64,000 nt of DNA from Camelus ferus. Lineage: Eukaryota. A program made the position numbers and the translations under genes. The stretch covers positions 9,488,001-9,552,000 of the forward strand of contig NC_045696.1 in assembly GCF_009834535.1 (NCBI RefSeq), given 5' to 3'. This document shows, in pieces, positions 23,645 through 37,035 of this stretch; within the stretch, counting starts at the first letter, position 1, and every line of letters begins with the position of its first letter. Under the pieces are notes generated by a model. It did not search any database. It saw only the letters and a program-made list of their open reading frames with translations, and was not told where the DNA came from.

Positions 23645-26600
23645 ATCAAGTGAAAATCTTCACCTTTAACCTAAGGAGCATGAGAAGCCACCAGTTTTTA
23701 TAGCAGAAGAGAAATGTGATTGAGCTCGGCTTTGGGAAGTTTTATGTTGTGGGAATTACACACTGTTTTGGAAATAAGAAATTGGCCATGGTGAGGTCAG
23801 TTAGAAAGGTATTGTGGTTGCAGAAGGCTGCTTGAAGCAGTGTGCAGGAATGCAGGGTGAGGGTGGTACACGGACCCTCCAGGACTCTCCATGGACCAGC
23901 AGGGCACATAGGAGAGGAAGACACCCAAGACTGCAGAGGGACTGAGAGGATGCTGATGGGGAAATACCAAGGGGCACTGCTGCGAGGGGGGTATAATTCC
24001 ATGGAACAAGAATAGAATCTGCAACCAAAGCACCTGGGTGAGTCCCGGCTCTCCTCTAGACTGTGTGCCCCTCTGAACCTCAGTATCGTTATCTACGAAC
24101 TGGGAATTAAAAATGCAACTAACACGCGTCAACCCCTGATTGTGTTCCAGGCCCGATACTGGGCACACTGCCTGCATCAGGTTGTTCCGTCCTCACCACA
24201 ACTCTGGATTTGATGCTAACTCCATTTACAAGTTGAGGACAAGAGCAGTCCCCTGAGTTAATAGCACCTTTTAGACTGGGAAGTGATAAAGACGTGAGAG
24301 AGGCCCCTGTGTGTTTCTTTTGTACAGTAAGGTAGGTTGGGGGGACAATGCTAGAGGGAAGGGCTACGAATATTAAGTAACAGTAAAGCTACTCCCTTAT
24401 CTCGGAAGCTAAAGCTCCCCTAAAACACAAGTTTCATCGGCATGCAAGATAAACACCCTGGGACCTTTGATCTCAATCAGGTGTGTCCTGTTCCCTCCCA
24501 GGAGATCCTTTGCAAATGTCCTCATTCTTTACTCTGCTTTCATGTTCAGAGCAGAGTCAAAACTCAGTTTCTCTCCCTGCTCATTCTTTGGAAGGTTCCA
24601 CGGTGGCACATTCTTGGCGGCATCGTAAACTCCTTGGGGTTTATAATGGGCGTGCTGAGGTCATGTTCACTGTGCTTTAGGAGTGCTGTAATGGGAATGA
24701 TGGATTTCAACATAAACCTCAGTTTTTCCTCACTGAAAATAGAAACTTCTTAATGAAAATGTTCCAACTGCTTGAAGCCAGAGGAGGCAACTGCAGGTTA
24801 AAAGATTCGTTTAAGATTTTTATGGAGTGAATGGAAGAAATGCAAAACATCTAAAGCTTTCAGTGGACTAAAGCGTTTCATTTCTTCTTTAACTTCTGGT
24901 TTCAGTTTTACGATTTTAAAAAGTTCAGTTTTTCAGTGTGCTTTTCAAGAGCTCTAATGAGACGTTGCTGTGGGTGCTGCTTGCTTCAAATCATCTACAT
25001 CAGACAAGCAAACAAGAAATCAAGAGGGGTCTGCAAATAGGAAAGTCAACTTTTAAATTCTTGCTTTGGAATAGTTTTTATTCTCAGTGGGGAAAATTGC
25101 TATTTACAAAGTGAATTCTTTTCCATAGGACGTTTAGAAATCCAAGTTCGTGTATAATAGACGTACAGTCGAAGAGTGGACGTCCCTAATAACTGTCAGA
25201 TCAGCAGATGCAGGGAAGTACCTCTGGGTTCAGGGACAGGAGTCTGTCCCCTTGGGCAGCCGGGGTGTTGGGGCACCACGAATGGGCCATGCTATTCAGG
25301 GTGACCCACTGTGAAAGCTCGGATCTGCTCTGCACTGCGCATGCCCTGGACGCGGAAGCCAGTGTTGGCGGACCCAAGGCGCCTTCCCCTCTGGGCCAGA
25401 GCTCAGGTACACTTCGTGACCCAGTGAGTTTTGCCAGCATCCAATCCAGCCTCCCTACAGCCAGCCACCATTTTGAGCCCCTTTTCCTGATCTAGAAATA
25501 GAAGCACTCAAGGTCACTAAATATGATTCAGATGGAGCTGACTGCCAATTCAAAGGCAGGTACAGAATTAACATATTTGAGGAGGCTTCCTGGACAGCCC
25601 AATGAAAGAGCTATCATTTCTTATTTATTTCTGTAAGCAAAGATAGTTGGACCATCTTCAAATACCTCACTATTCCTTTTTTTTTTTTTATTCATTTGTA
25701 TAATGAAACGACGATTGTAAATTTGGGTGAGCTCAGCGCTGTTGTCTCAGATGAACAGAAATGTTCCAGATCTGCCCACACAAATGAGCTGGAGCTTAGT
25801 GGCATGAGTTTTAACAGAAGGAGGAGAAGGAGAGGAGGAGGAGGAGAAGAAATTAGCCTCTTCTTCCTCCTCTGATCACCTTTTAACTGTTTAGCGACGC
25901 AGACTCTAGGAGAGAGAGAAGAGGAGGGAGGAGGGTTGGAGCAGAGGGAGGGAGTGTACTTTAGAGAAGTTCCGGACCACCCTGGAGGAGAGGAATGCAG
26001 TTCTCCTCTGTTTTCTGTCTCCCCATCCCTTTCCCACTGATCCGCCCCCCACCAGCCCCTCCCATACCCTCAGGGCCACCACGCCACCACCAAAGTCTGC
26101 CAGGACCCCCAGGACACGCTGTAGTCTCTGCACTGAAAACACAGCACATCCGAGCACATAGTCCCCATCACCCAGCGATGACCAATGTGACCAGTTCCTC
26201 TCGGTGCTTGATGCATACCATACTCTTCACAGGGTTCCAAACTTTTTTAGAACATATGCATTTAGATCTCTTGGGTTGGGAGTTACAGGTAATTTGGCAA
26301 AGCAAACACCATACCTGGTCTCTTACATAACCTTACAGTTGGCAGCAGGGCACCGTGCAAGGAGATTAAGCAATGCTCACTCATCCAAGAGGACTCTGCA
26401 TTTCCTTTTATGGAGAGATAAATGCTCTGCTTTGCTTTTTCCTCATTGCATGTACTCCTTTTATTATTGGCTGACTTTAATGATTCTTTGAAGTTAATTT
26501 TTAAATGTGAATGGCAGGATTCCACTTAACTTTTGGAAGCTTAAGAGGCATCCCTGTGTGCCCCTAGACTAGAGAGCATTTTTATAAATAATGTGACTGC

Positions 26601-26837
26601 ATTTAGGTGAAAATGGGGAATTGGGGAGAGTGAGGAGGATCCAGAACCCAGACTGCCACAGGGACCTAAACTGGCAAAGTACTTGGAGGTTCAGGGTTGC
26701 AGCCTTCTGAAGGAACTGTCATCCTGCCATCCCACTGTGCTTCTCCAAGACCAGACATGTCACCTGAAAAAAAGGCCAGCTGAACTAACTTTTCAGTTGT
26801 AGTGTACATGCTTTCCATTTATTCTTCCTTTCCTATT

Positions 26838-27002
26838 TTTTAAAAGGAACTGAGACAATCCCTTTACTTGTTTATTTTTGTTGGTTTTGGGGGGCAGTGG
26901 CGGTAACTAGGTTTCTTTATTTGTTTGGAGGCACTGGGGATTGAACCCAGGACCTCATGCATGCTGAACGTGCTCCTTACCACCCTGGTACAGCCTCCCT
27001 CC
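26838..27002 (-). mobile_element. tRNA-derived SINE (Vic-1-like) with 15-bp TSD
   Basis: B box 'gggttcaatcc' on minus strand. Perfect TSD 'tcttcctttcctatt' at 26823-26837 and 27003-27017. Insertion site reads TTTT/AA on the minus strand. Confidence 0.85.
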
Positions 27003-27189
27003 TCTTCCTTTCCTATTAAAAGACAAAAAACTTTCAGTCTGTAGATCTCTAAGCAACACACCCTCTTAATGCTTCTTTTCTCAGTTTCAGAGTCTAGATT
27101 CTCTAAAATGTTTTGGTATCTTTTTCTGAATTCAGGAGCCATTAGAAAATGATCAAAGTGTTGCGTATTCCTAGTTCTCAAATTACAAT

Positions 27190-27900
27190 AATAAAGTTTT
27201 CCAACGAAAACCCTAAAATCTCTTCCCACATTCTCACTGTGGACTACAAGTTGGAATTAGTACGTTCATCCAATAAAGTTCAATCAGGAAAAAAAGGGGG
27301 GAGGGCCTATTTCAAAATGAATTCCAGTTTTTTCTTTAAAAACAGAGTTTATAGACCATGACAGATTTCAAAATGTTTTCTCTAATACCCCAATATGTGA
27401 AATTTTGACTGAAGTTTTCCAGAAATGACAGGGATCAAACAACTCGCCAAGACTTCAGTTTCCAGGTTTCTCCCAGCCTTGAAACTCCCCTGGAGGATAA
27501 TTACTATTTACTGCTGTCAACCTTCCTCCTTTTCTTCTGTAACATTTTCCATCTTAAGAAGGGTCGTCCCATTCAGCCCCGGAGACTGGTGGCTGAGTGG
27601 CTGAATGGAATTACTACCAGTGGAAACTATGCTGCAAGACAGGGGAGATAAAGCAGCTGCAGAACAAGCCTGGCTGTTTTTTCCATCCTCCCCAAGCAAA
27701 GTTAATTAGCATAGGGAAAATGACTAAGGTGTTGACGTCACCTCTTTCCAGTAGAAACTTACACTCTGTCCCTGTCTGCCGGAGTGCAAGCAGGACTTGA
27801 CTCAGGAATTTGGTGTCCAAACAGGATGCTCTGGAAGCTGCGCTTTTTTTTTTTTCCCCAGGGGGCTGGACCTCAGAGCTTTATAAGCGCTGGCTCGAGA
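27190..27900 (+). promoter_or_regulatory. RCAN1: RCAN1.4 (exon 4) calcineurin/NFAT-responsive promoter
   Basis: About ten GGAAA/TTTCC cores (27198, 27287, 27416, 27459, 27546, 27622, 27680, 27715, 27745, 27853), palindromic CRE TGACGTCA 27733-27740, AP-1 TGACTCA 27798-27804, AGATAA 27646-27651, TATAA 27882-27886, ~100 bp upstream of the ATG. Confidence 0.85.
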
Positions 27901-27984
27901 AAGAACCCACAGCCTCTGGTAAAGGAACCTCACTTGGGGCTTGACTGAGTTCAGTCTCTAGTGCTTTCACTGTAAGAAGGCAAG

Positions 27985-28071
27985 ATGCACTTTAGAAACT
28001 TTAACTACAGTTTTAGTTCCCTGATTGCCTGTGTGGCAAACAGTGATATCTTCAGCGAAAGTGAAACCAGG
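27985..28071 (+). CDS. RCAN1: RCAN1 alternative first coding exon (exon 4, isoform RCAN1.4)
   Basis: MHFRNFNYSFSSLIACVANSDIFSESETR, the RCAN1.4-specific N-terminus. Donor AGG|GTAAGG, phase 0. Confidence 0.96.
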
Positions 28072-30683
28072 GTAAGGCTTCTTATATAATGTGATTTTTG
28101 AGAATTTTTGCAGCATTATGTTAATTGAGACTATTAACTGAAATATTTGTGGGGGAGAGAGGTGGGGGGTATGTGGCTCTATTGTGGGTTTTGGGGTTTT
28201 GAAATAGATCCAGAATACTTTGAGTCAAAAATCAGAAGTTTTTGCCTGAGGTTTAACTGTGAAGGAACTTTTAAAGCTCTCAATATTTAAAAACGTCCAC
28301 GTCCCTTGACCAATTAGTAAGGCAGGGTTTGGCATTGTGTTTTTTTCATTCGGTGTAGCTTGTAAGTAACCTTTTGGAGGGAGGACTTTTCTGACAGTGA
28401 ACAGAAACGTTTCACTTTGACATCTAGAGTTCAGAATAATTTGATTTTATCTTAGGAAATAAATAGTGGAAAGATATTTAAATGTATGCAGTAATTACAA
28501 GAGCCTGTCTTCGAGTTTCCAGATTTGTCTAGTTGGAGAAAATGCAGCCACAGCAAATAATAAAACTGGATAAATAACTTAAGTGTGAGATAAGTTTACC
28601 TCCTGGGAAGCAGCTCTCATTGGTGGTAAATTAATATAATTAGTCATTTTAATTACTATACTTTTCTTCTTCATTTGATTAAAGTGTAAGGTTTTTATCA
28701 GTAGCCGTGCAGCTATCTAATTGGTCTTTACCAATATTGCATATAAATGAATTCTGCGTGTTCTGTTTGGGGGACCGTGATCACATTTCATCTTTATACC
28801 CAAAGCCTCATTGAGACATGGGAAGATTTCTTTCTTTTTTTTTTTTTTAATTCAAATTTAACTCTATAATTGTGTACTATGCTTGTGAGCCAGGACTGTA
28901 GTTTTTGAACTACTTAGAGTATGTTCTATGTATAAAAGTTCTATAAAGTCTATATATTTAATTTTAGCCTCATATGTGTAAAATCACTAATTTATTTATT
29001 TCATTAAGTCAAGATGCCATCCAACAACTATAATAACTAGGTATCAGTTATTAGAACAAATAAGATTATCTTATAAGAGAATAACGTGCTAGCAATATGA
29101 AATTAACAAGATAATGTGGGTTCTCTTGTGTTTTGGTCCTAAGCCCTGACTTGTATTCTAAAAATATTCATCAAAGTCATCTCTCCCAAATTATGAATCA
29201 TAACTTCAAAACTAAACAGTTGGCCACAGTGCCTATGGATGAGGTCACGTGAAATTCCAAATCTGCGCAGACACCCTTGCGCCGGCAACGTGCCCGTGCT
29301 CAAGAGAGGCGGATAAAAAGCCTGTACCTCCAGAGGAAACCGCAGGTTTCTCATTCTCTGCCTCTGCAACACCCCTCCTGGGAAAGGCACAGACATCTCC
29401 CTAAAGGAAAGAAAAGCCAGGGAATTGGAAGAGAGCAAGTTTGTGAGTAGTTCCCACTTCCCCTGAACAACCTGCCGGTAGAGACACCAGCCAGAAGGGA
29501 ATGCAGGACCTGCCCACTGAATATTCTCCAAGATTCTCCTCTTTTGCTGAGTCCTCTCTCCCCTCTGCAGAAGCGCTGTGTTCTCCATAGTTCTCCAGAG
29601 AACTGGTGGGCCCCAGGCCTCCTCTTCTCACTAGTCCCCTGTGTAGAGGGCACCCCGCCTCACCCAGGCTCTCAGCCACCCCCATCTGCCTCTCACCATC
29701 CTGAGTGTCTAGTCTGAGAAAAAGACTCAGAAAACACGGTGACTAAAAGTCCATGCACCCTGTTTCTAGAAGCTTCAACTGTCCATCAACTCCCTCTCCG
29801 GTTGGAAGGATTTCTGTGGCCTCCCAGCCTCCCCCCACTGACACCCCCACCCAGGACCTAGCCCAGGGGGGCTCCCCAGAGCTCTTCTCAGGAGCCAATG
29901 AACTCTCTCCTGATTCTAAGCTTTCAGTCATTGAACTCAGGCATTGTCTTAGAAAGTTCTCTTAGAACTCAGCTCTAAGAGCTCCTGCTGTTCCGTCTTG
30001 CTCACTAGTTCCTGTAACTCTCCAGCTAGGTCTGTACATGTGTTAAAGCCAGCGTGCAGAAAAGGGTTTGGGTGCAGTACGTTCGTGTTTTAAACCAGTA
30101 TTATTTTGGAGAGTTAAAACGTAACAGATTGAACGGGAAGATAGTCATGGGAATGTTTTAAAAACTGCTTCCTTTACCTTAAGAAATATAAGGCTTTTTA
30201 TTAACATCATTGTTTCCCAGTTCAGTAAAAAAAAAATTTTTTTTCTTTCAAATTAGCTCCAGTGCTTTTAAGCCCTAAAGAAATATTTGATGTACAGGGC
30301 AGCGCCCTAAGTTGAGTGGTGGGACTGGAGTTCACTAGACTGGGGAAAATCATGGAACTGGCAGGCCATTTGGGTGACAATGACCAAACTGGACCTGCTT
30401 GGAAAATGTTCATTCTACTTTAAAAAGAATGTTTCTGTGACTGTAAGAAGTGTTTAAGTATTGATCATTGTTCAGCTGATTAAATGAATTTAGTAAATCA
30501 TACATTCTTACTTTTGTATAAAATCACCTATATTAAATTAAAAGGGCAGAAAAGTCAGTTTCCTCAAAGAAGAAAGGCAGGTTCTCTGTCTTCTCTAAGA
30601 AAGAAGTTAGTTCTTGAAATGATTAATTAATTTTCCATATGAGATGTAATGAAGTCATCTAGTCAAGGGTCATTTGCAGGTAA

Positions 30684-30902
<219 letters not shown>

Positions 30903-31985
30903 TGATACTCATGCTTCTCTCTTCTCCCTCCCACCCTTAAAAGTAGCTTATACGTCGATTACGTGTACGTTGATTTAAAACTGCAAGAACTCCTCTCGAC
31001 AAAGGCAACATTTATACTCAAAAATATTCAAGTCAAACTATTTTTAAGAAGACATCAGGTGTATTTGAAAGTGACCTCAGAAATGACCTGAGTTTAGTAG
31101 TGATCGCCCCGAGCCTTCCTGACTCAGGAAGGTGGTAGAGGGCAGGGTTGTGGGCGTGGCTACCCTAGAACCCTAAGACCACCCAGCAGGTGTGCGGGAA
31201 TTTGTTCAAGGTTTAGTTTGGGCTAATGCCACCTTCCAGATCGAGAGAGGACGGGAGCAGTCCCGGCTCTGTGCAGGTTCCCAGCAGCCCACTCACTGCG
31301 GAGAGCTGGTCTCTGCCAGGCCGGCCTGCACATCAGCCCGAGGCTGCCAGACCCAGCCTGAAAAGAAAAAATGGGTTCACCATACAGGTGGTAAATGCTA
31401 AGAAATCCTTCTGGTAGGTGGGGGTCCGGCCCCAGGGCACTCCCCGTGGGCTTGTGGGCGGGTTTGCTTTCTCTCCTGCTCATCACCCTTCCAGCTGTCC
31501 CCTAGCCCGTGCCCCTTACCCCTTTGATGCTGGGCCGCCCACCTTCTAGGCAGCTCACGAAGTTCCATTTGACGATGTGACAGGAGTCCAACAGGTTAGC
31601 AGGGGGAGAGGAAGGGACTTCTTGAACGCTTCCCCCTGGTTAAAGAGACCCCCACTGGGGTCCTGAGTTCCCCAGGCCATTATGGGAAAAGACAGACTCT
31701 TTAGAGGGGCTTCCTGACCTTGTGGGAAGGCGAACTTGCCCGCCCTCCCAGGGTAAATGAGAGCCGGGATGCCCTGCCCCCTGGTGGTGAGTCCGAGGTG
31801 CAGGCTTTGACCTTGGATCCTTGGTTAAGAGTAAGCTGCTTCCTGTGTTTGGTAGGGTTCCGTGTAAACACTTACTTAGTCCCTCCACGACTTTTTCTGG
31901 TTTATTAAAGTAAATACATGTTCACTGTGAAATTTTTATGGGGGAAAATATTAAGGAACAAAGAAAATCCAAATTGTTAAGATTC

Positions 31986-32240
31986 TTTTTTTTCAATTGA
32001 AATATAGTCAGTTACAATGTGTCAATTTCTGCTGTACGGCATAATGTCCTAGTCACACATAGATAGAAACATATTTGATTTCATATTATTTTTCATTAAA
32101 GGTTATTACAAGATATGGAATATAACTCCCTGTGCTATACAGAAGAAATTTGTTTTTTATCTATTTTTATATATAGTAGTCAATATTTGCAAATCTTGCA
32201 CTCCCAAATGTATCCCTTCCCACCCCCTTTCCCCTGGTAA
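31986..32240 (-). mobile_element. LINE-1 3' end fragment in RCAN1 intron 5
   Basis: Same L1 3'UTR family as 4791-5208, reversed. Degenerate TSD aaattgttaagattct / aaactcgtaaggttct. Confidence 0.8.
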
Positions 32241-32866
32241 AAACTCGTAAGGTTCTAATGTAGGATCTTTCCAAACAGCCCTCTAATCACTGGTATAATG
32301 TTTAAGCCTAAACTAGGATCTTGGGTTTTTGTTCCTTATCATTATTCTTTTAAATATGTAACCTGGAAGGTGGATTTCTTTTTCCTTCGTCACTTCTGGC
32401 ATCTGACTCAGAGCCCCAGTGGGAGCCTGAGACTGTAGTGGGCAGGAGTCCTGCGTCCCCATCCCTACTTTGCCTCCCTGAAAATCTGTATCATCTTAGA
32501 AATGGCTTAGCCTTTTTGAGCTTCTGTGATATGAGGAGCTGGAAGCAGTTGATTTTGAGATCTCTTCTGACCTCAGCAACCGTGCTTTATTTTTTTCATT
32601 TATACCAAAATTATCTCTGTTCATTTCCATCAGTCTAGGTCAAGCATAATTACTTGCAGTCCCTGTGCCTGGGAGACCCAGTCCTGGGAGGGGGCTCTTA
32701 TCATGTCTGCACCATAATCTGAGTTCCCTTTCCCCTCCCCTTATAAACCTCACTGTGATTCATCCTCGGGCACCTGTTCTGCTGTCTGCACGCGGGTCTG
32801 CCCTTCACATCTGTCTTCTGTAAGCTGTCATTAAGTGCTGCTGCATTGCTCCAGTTCTGCCCTTGA

Positions 32867-33088
<222 letters not shown>

Positions 33089-35093
33089 TAAGGTGACGTG
33101 CAGAGATGGTGCTAAAGGCACAGAGACTCGCCTGCAGCGGGAGCAGTCCTATCCCCATTGCTCTTTTGACCTCTCATGTGATTGGTGCCAGCGTGTTGTG
33201 AATCATCCCTATTTGCTTTCTTCTGAATCCAAGTAACCCATGCTGGGAGTGTGCACGCCTGCCTCTGGCCTCATCCCTTAAGAAGGCATGCGAGTTGGTC
33301 TTAGGGACCAAGTACCATGACCACATCATGTGAATCCATCCCCTCACCCACTGGGTACAGCCTGTGCGGGTGACTCAAGACCTAGCCTCACTTCTTGTTG
33401 CTCCAAGTGGGGATGGGCTATTGAACTTTGGGAAGGGAAATCAGGCCTTCCCCTCTTTTAGAAATTTTATTTTTAGCCAAGATAATTTCATCCATTGATC
33501 TGATTCTCACCTACCCTTTTGAATGTGTGAGGGAATGGAGGACCATAGATCAGAGTGGAAAAAGATCCCCAGTCATGCAGAGCCCCAGAGGGAGGGGTGC
33601 GTCCCTGCTGAGCTTTCCCAGGGGGTGGAGGGAGGGAAAGAAGAGGTTCTGGTCCTCTGAAGGGACAAAGGTGTGAGCACTTAGGAAGAAAGATACTCTG
33701 GCCTCAGGCTTCCCATCCAGAAGATGGGTATTACTCGGTGGAGTTCTGAGTGGTAAATGAGCTCACCATGTAAAAAACACTTCATACAGTGCCTGGCTTA
33801 TCAGCATTCCTCAAAGCATGTTTTCTAGAAACAATAAAATTTGGCGGTTTCTGTCCCATCTGACAGGGTTTGGTTAAACAGGAGGTGCCGTGGGGATCTT
33901 GGGGCAAAGAGGTTTGAGCCCCTCTTCTGCCCTATCTGTGGAGCAAATCCAGTAAACACTGAGGCCATCAGCTTTCTCCTTGACCAGCAATCTGATGTTC
34001 CTTTGAGTTGAGATTTTATTTTCTTGGACCATCAGCCGTTTCCCTTGGAAAAGATTACATTTCTGAAAATATCGCTCTGACGGAAATTCCCTCTGTGGTA
34101 GAAAGCAAGGATCACATTACTTCCTGCTAATCGTGGCCTGAAGGTCAAGGTGGAAATGGCTGGTGCTCCTCCCAGCAGCTCCGGGCCAAGGTGCATTAGC
34201 AAAGCCCAGGGTTGGAATCTGCTGGGATGTTAGAGAAGGGAGGACGGAGAGCTCCACCTGGGGAGAGGTGTCAGACTGCCCCGAGGCAGGACATTCTGTT
34301 CTACTAATGAACATTCTTCACTCTAGAATCTGCCACTTCTTTACAGAGGTCTTGTTTGAGAAGCCTTTATAGAAAATAGACATAATGAGATCATTTTGCC
34401 CTTAGTTTCCTTAACAATGAGTTTGAGTTTTTTCATATTCAGCTGTGCTTTTCAGCCAGCAAGATGGCCAAGATTTTGCAAATATGATCATACACCCATG
34501 TTTTCTGGGTTGTGACTCACTGGCGGGTAGATAAGAATTTGTAAAGGGTATTCTGACCAACATTTTGAGTGGTCTGTCTGACCCTCCATCTTAATCCTCC
34601 CCCCTCAAGAATGCTGAGGCTCTTTAACCCTCTCAAATGCAGTTAAAATAACATTCCAGTCTTGTGTGTGGAGTAGAGAAGGAGCCACACCTTTTTTATG
34701 AATCAAAGTATCTTGACCGAACCTGGTAAAACTCAAGCTGACATAGAACAGCAGGACACTCCTGGTTCCAGGGGGTTGATAGTTGTATGAAAAGGATGCT
34801 GTGCTCAGCAATGTTTTCGGAGCGCCTGCTTCAACCAGCACCGCGTCTCCCGTGCTTCCTGTCCCTGGTGTGGGCGGCGCACTGCAGCTGGAGCTGGGGA
34901 AGGAGGCTCAAGATGTCCTTTCTTCATGCCTTTATTTGTGCAACGTCTTTTCACAAATGGATGCCCCTGGTACCACCAGCGGGCCTGGTGGACATGCTAA
35001 GTATAATTTACATTCCTTCCATACCTTTCATGTGCTGGGACTCTGAGTGTTTGATTGAAAGCAGAGTTATTTGTATGGTGAGATATACAATAA

Positions 35094-35435
<342 letters not shown>

Positions 35436-37035
35436 ACTGGCCCCCGGACGAAGAGGTATTCCAAGTCACACTCACGGGAAGGAATCTTTTACTGTGGAAG
35501 TGGCTGGTCACAGCTTTGGAGGCAGCAGCCGTGATCGCTGTGGCAGAAATTGCAGCTCACGTTGCTCAGAAGAGAACCGAGGCTTAGTCTTCTGGTTCCG
35601 ACGCTGTGTATCTGTCAATGTTCATGGCTCCCGGGAATTTTCCTGAGCCAATCACTGAGTTTGGGGTGATCGCACAAGGACATTCGGGAACGTCTCGAGA
35701 AAACCGATAACGATAGTGTTCTGTACTTGTTATTTTCTGGTAGGTTCTGTTTTTGCCAGGGGCAGGTTGATCAATGGGTCCGGGGAGAGCCTTCTGTTTC
35801 TAACCAGCCTATGATGTAGACTGCTCTCTCCTGGTAGAGAAAGGCACTGCGTGGGGCCACGAGGTGTCTAGTGCAGAAGGGTTGTGAAAACAACAGTGCA
35901 ACGTGGAAATTGTAGCGTTTCATTTCTTCCCTGTCATGTCCTAATGTTTGTGCATGTATATTACTGATTTTCAGAGCTAACCTTTGTTCGTATATAGAGT
36001 TATGCCATTGTTGTTTCACATCTTTTGGGAAGATAGGAAAGCATTTGAAAAGTCTGTCACCTTTCCAGATTCGTGACTGTCTCTGCAACAGCGCACACAC
36101 GTGGGATTCCACCTGGAATACATCCACTCGGCATCCTATCCGATGCAACATGGACTTGTGCTTTTGCAAAAGAAGTCGATCTGCAATTCCTATGTAGCGT
36201 TTTGCTTATAAAATTCGGAGACAGCAGTTCCACTGCCAACTTTTAGTGGGTGAGAAGTTTTAGTTTAGGTGTTTTAGGTTAGACAATAAATTGGTTTCAT
36301 TTATTTCTTTTATGTGGGGGGTTACATGAATCATAGCCAAAAACCTTTTTTGGGGAACTGCCAGTTGAGATTCATTGATTTTTTTTTAATCCCACTAAAA
36401 CATCAAGATAAACTTGTAAATAAAGCTGATAGAATACATTCACACCTGTTGTGCACTCGGGTGAGGAATACATCAGTGGAGGCTAGTGTAAGATATATTA
36501 ACCTACTTGTATGTTGTGAATTGTATGTTGTAGAAACGCCTTTCAAATGTTGGGCAGGACTTGAATTCGAAGCATGTGAAGTGGATAGTAGATTGTGTAA
36601 AGGTTATGAGAAGGATGCAGTGCCTTTCCCCATTAATTCCTGATGGAATTGTTACACTAGGTTAACGTTTGTAATTTTTTTTCTAGTTGTAACGTGTATG
36701 TCTGGTAAATAGGTGTTATATTTTGGCCTTACGATACCATAACAAGGTTTGTCATTTTGAAATACCGAATGTCAAGTAACAGTGCATGCTTTGGAAATGT
36801 GGGAGGTGGTTTTCTTTAAGAAGCAAATATGTTTGATTGTTCATATCAAGAAATTGACTGAATGTTCTCAAAACCCTGTTTACAGTACTTGGTGGGGCTG
36901 GGGGCAGGTGAGGGAGAGACCATTGCCTAGCTGTTCAAGTGTTCCTAGTTAAGTGCTTTTAAACTGGAGAGGCTAACCTCAAAGTATTTTTTTTAACTGC
37001 ATTCTATAATAAATTGACACAATATGCTCTTTACG
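35436..37035 (+). other. RCAN1: RCAN1 3'UTR
   Basis: Follows the stop codon; repeat-free and T-rich. AATAAA at 36285, 36419 and 37008. End placed ~20-25 nt after the distal signal (inferred). Confidence 0.75.
37008..37013 (+). terminator. RCAN1: Distal polyadenylation signal of RCAN1
   Basis: AATAAA in 'attctataataaattgacac', followed downstream by T-rich 'ccatttgtcattttatttct'. Confidence 0.7.

Noticed and set aside
1..27000. RCAN1 exon 1 (RCAN1.1 N-terminus) or exons 2 and 3
   Set aside because: No CpG island or matching coding sequence found, so exon 1 is presumably upstream of the window. Exons 2 and 3 are too short or non-coding to call by eye.
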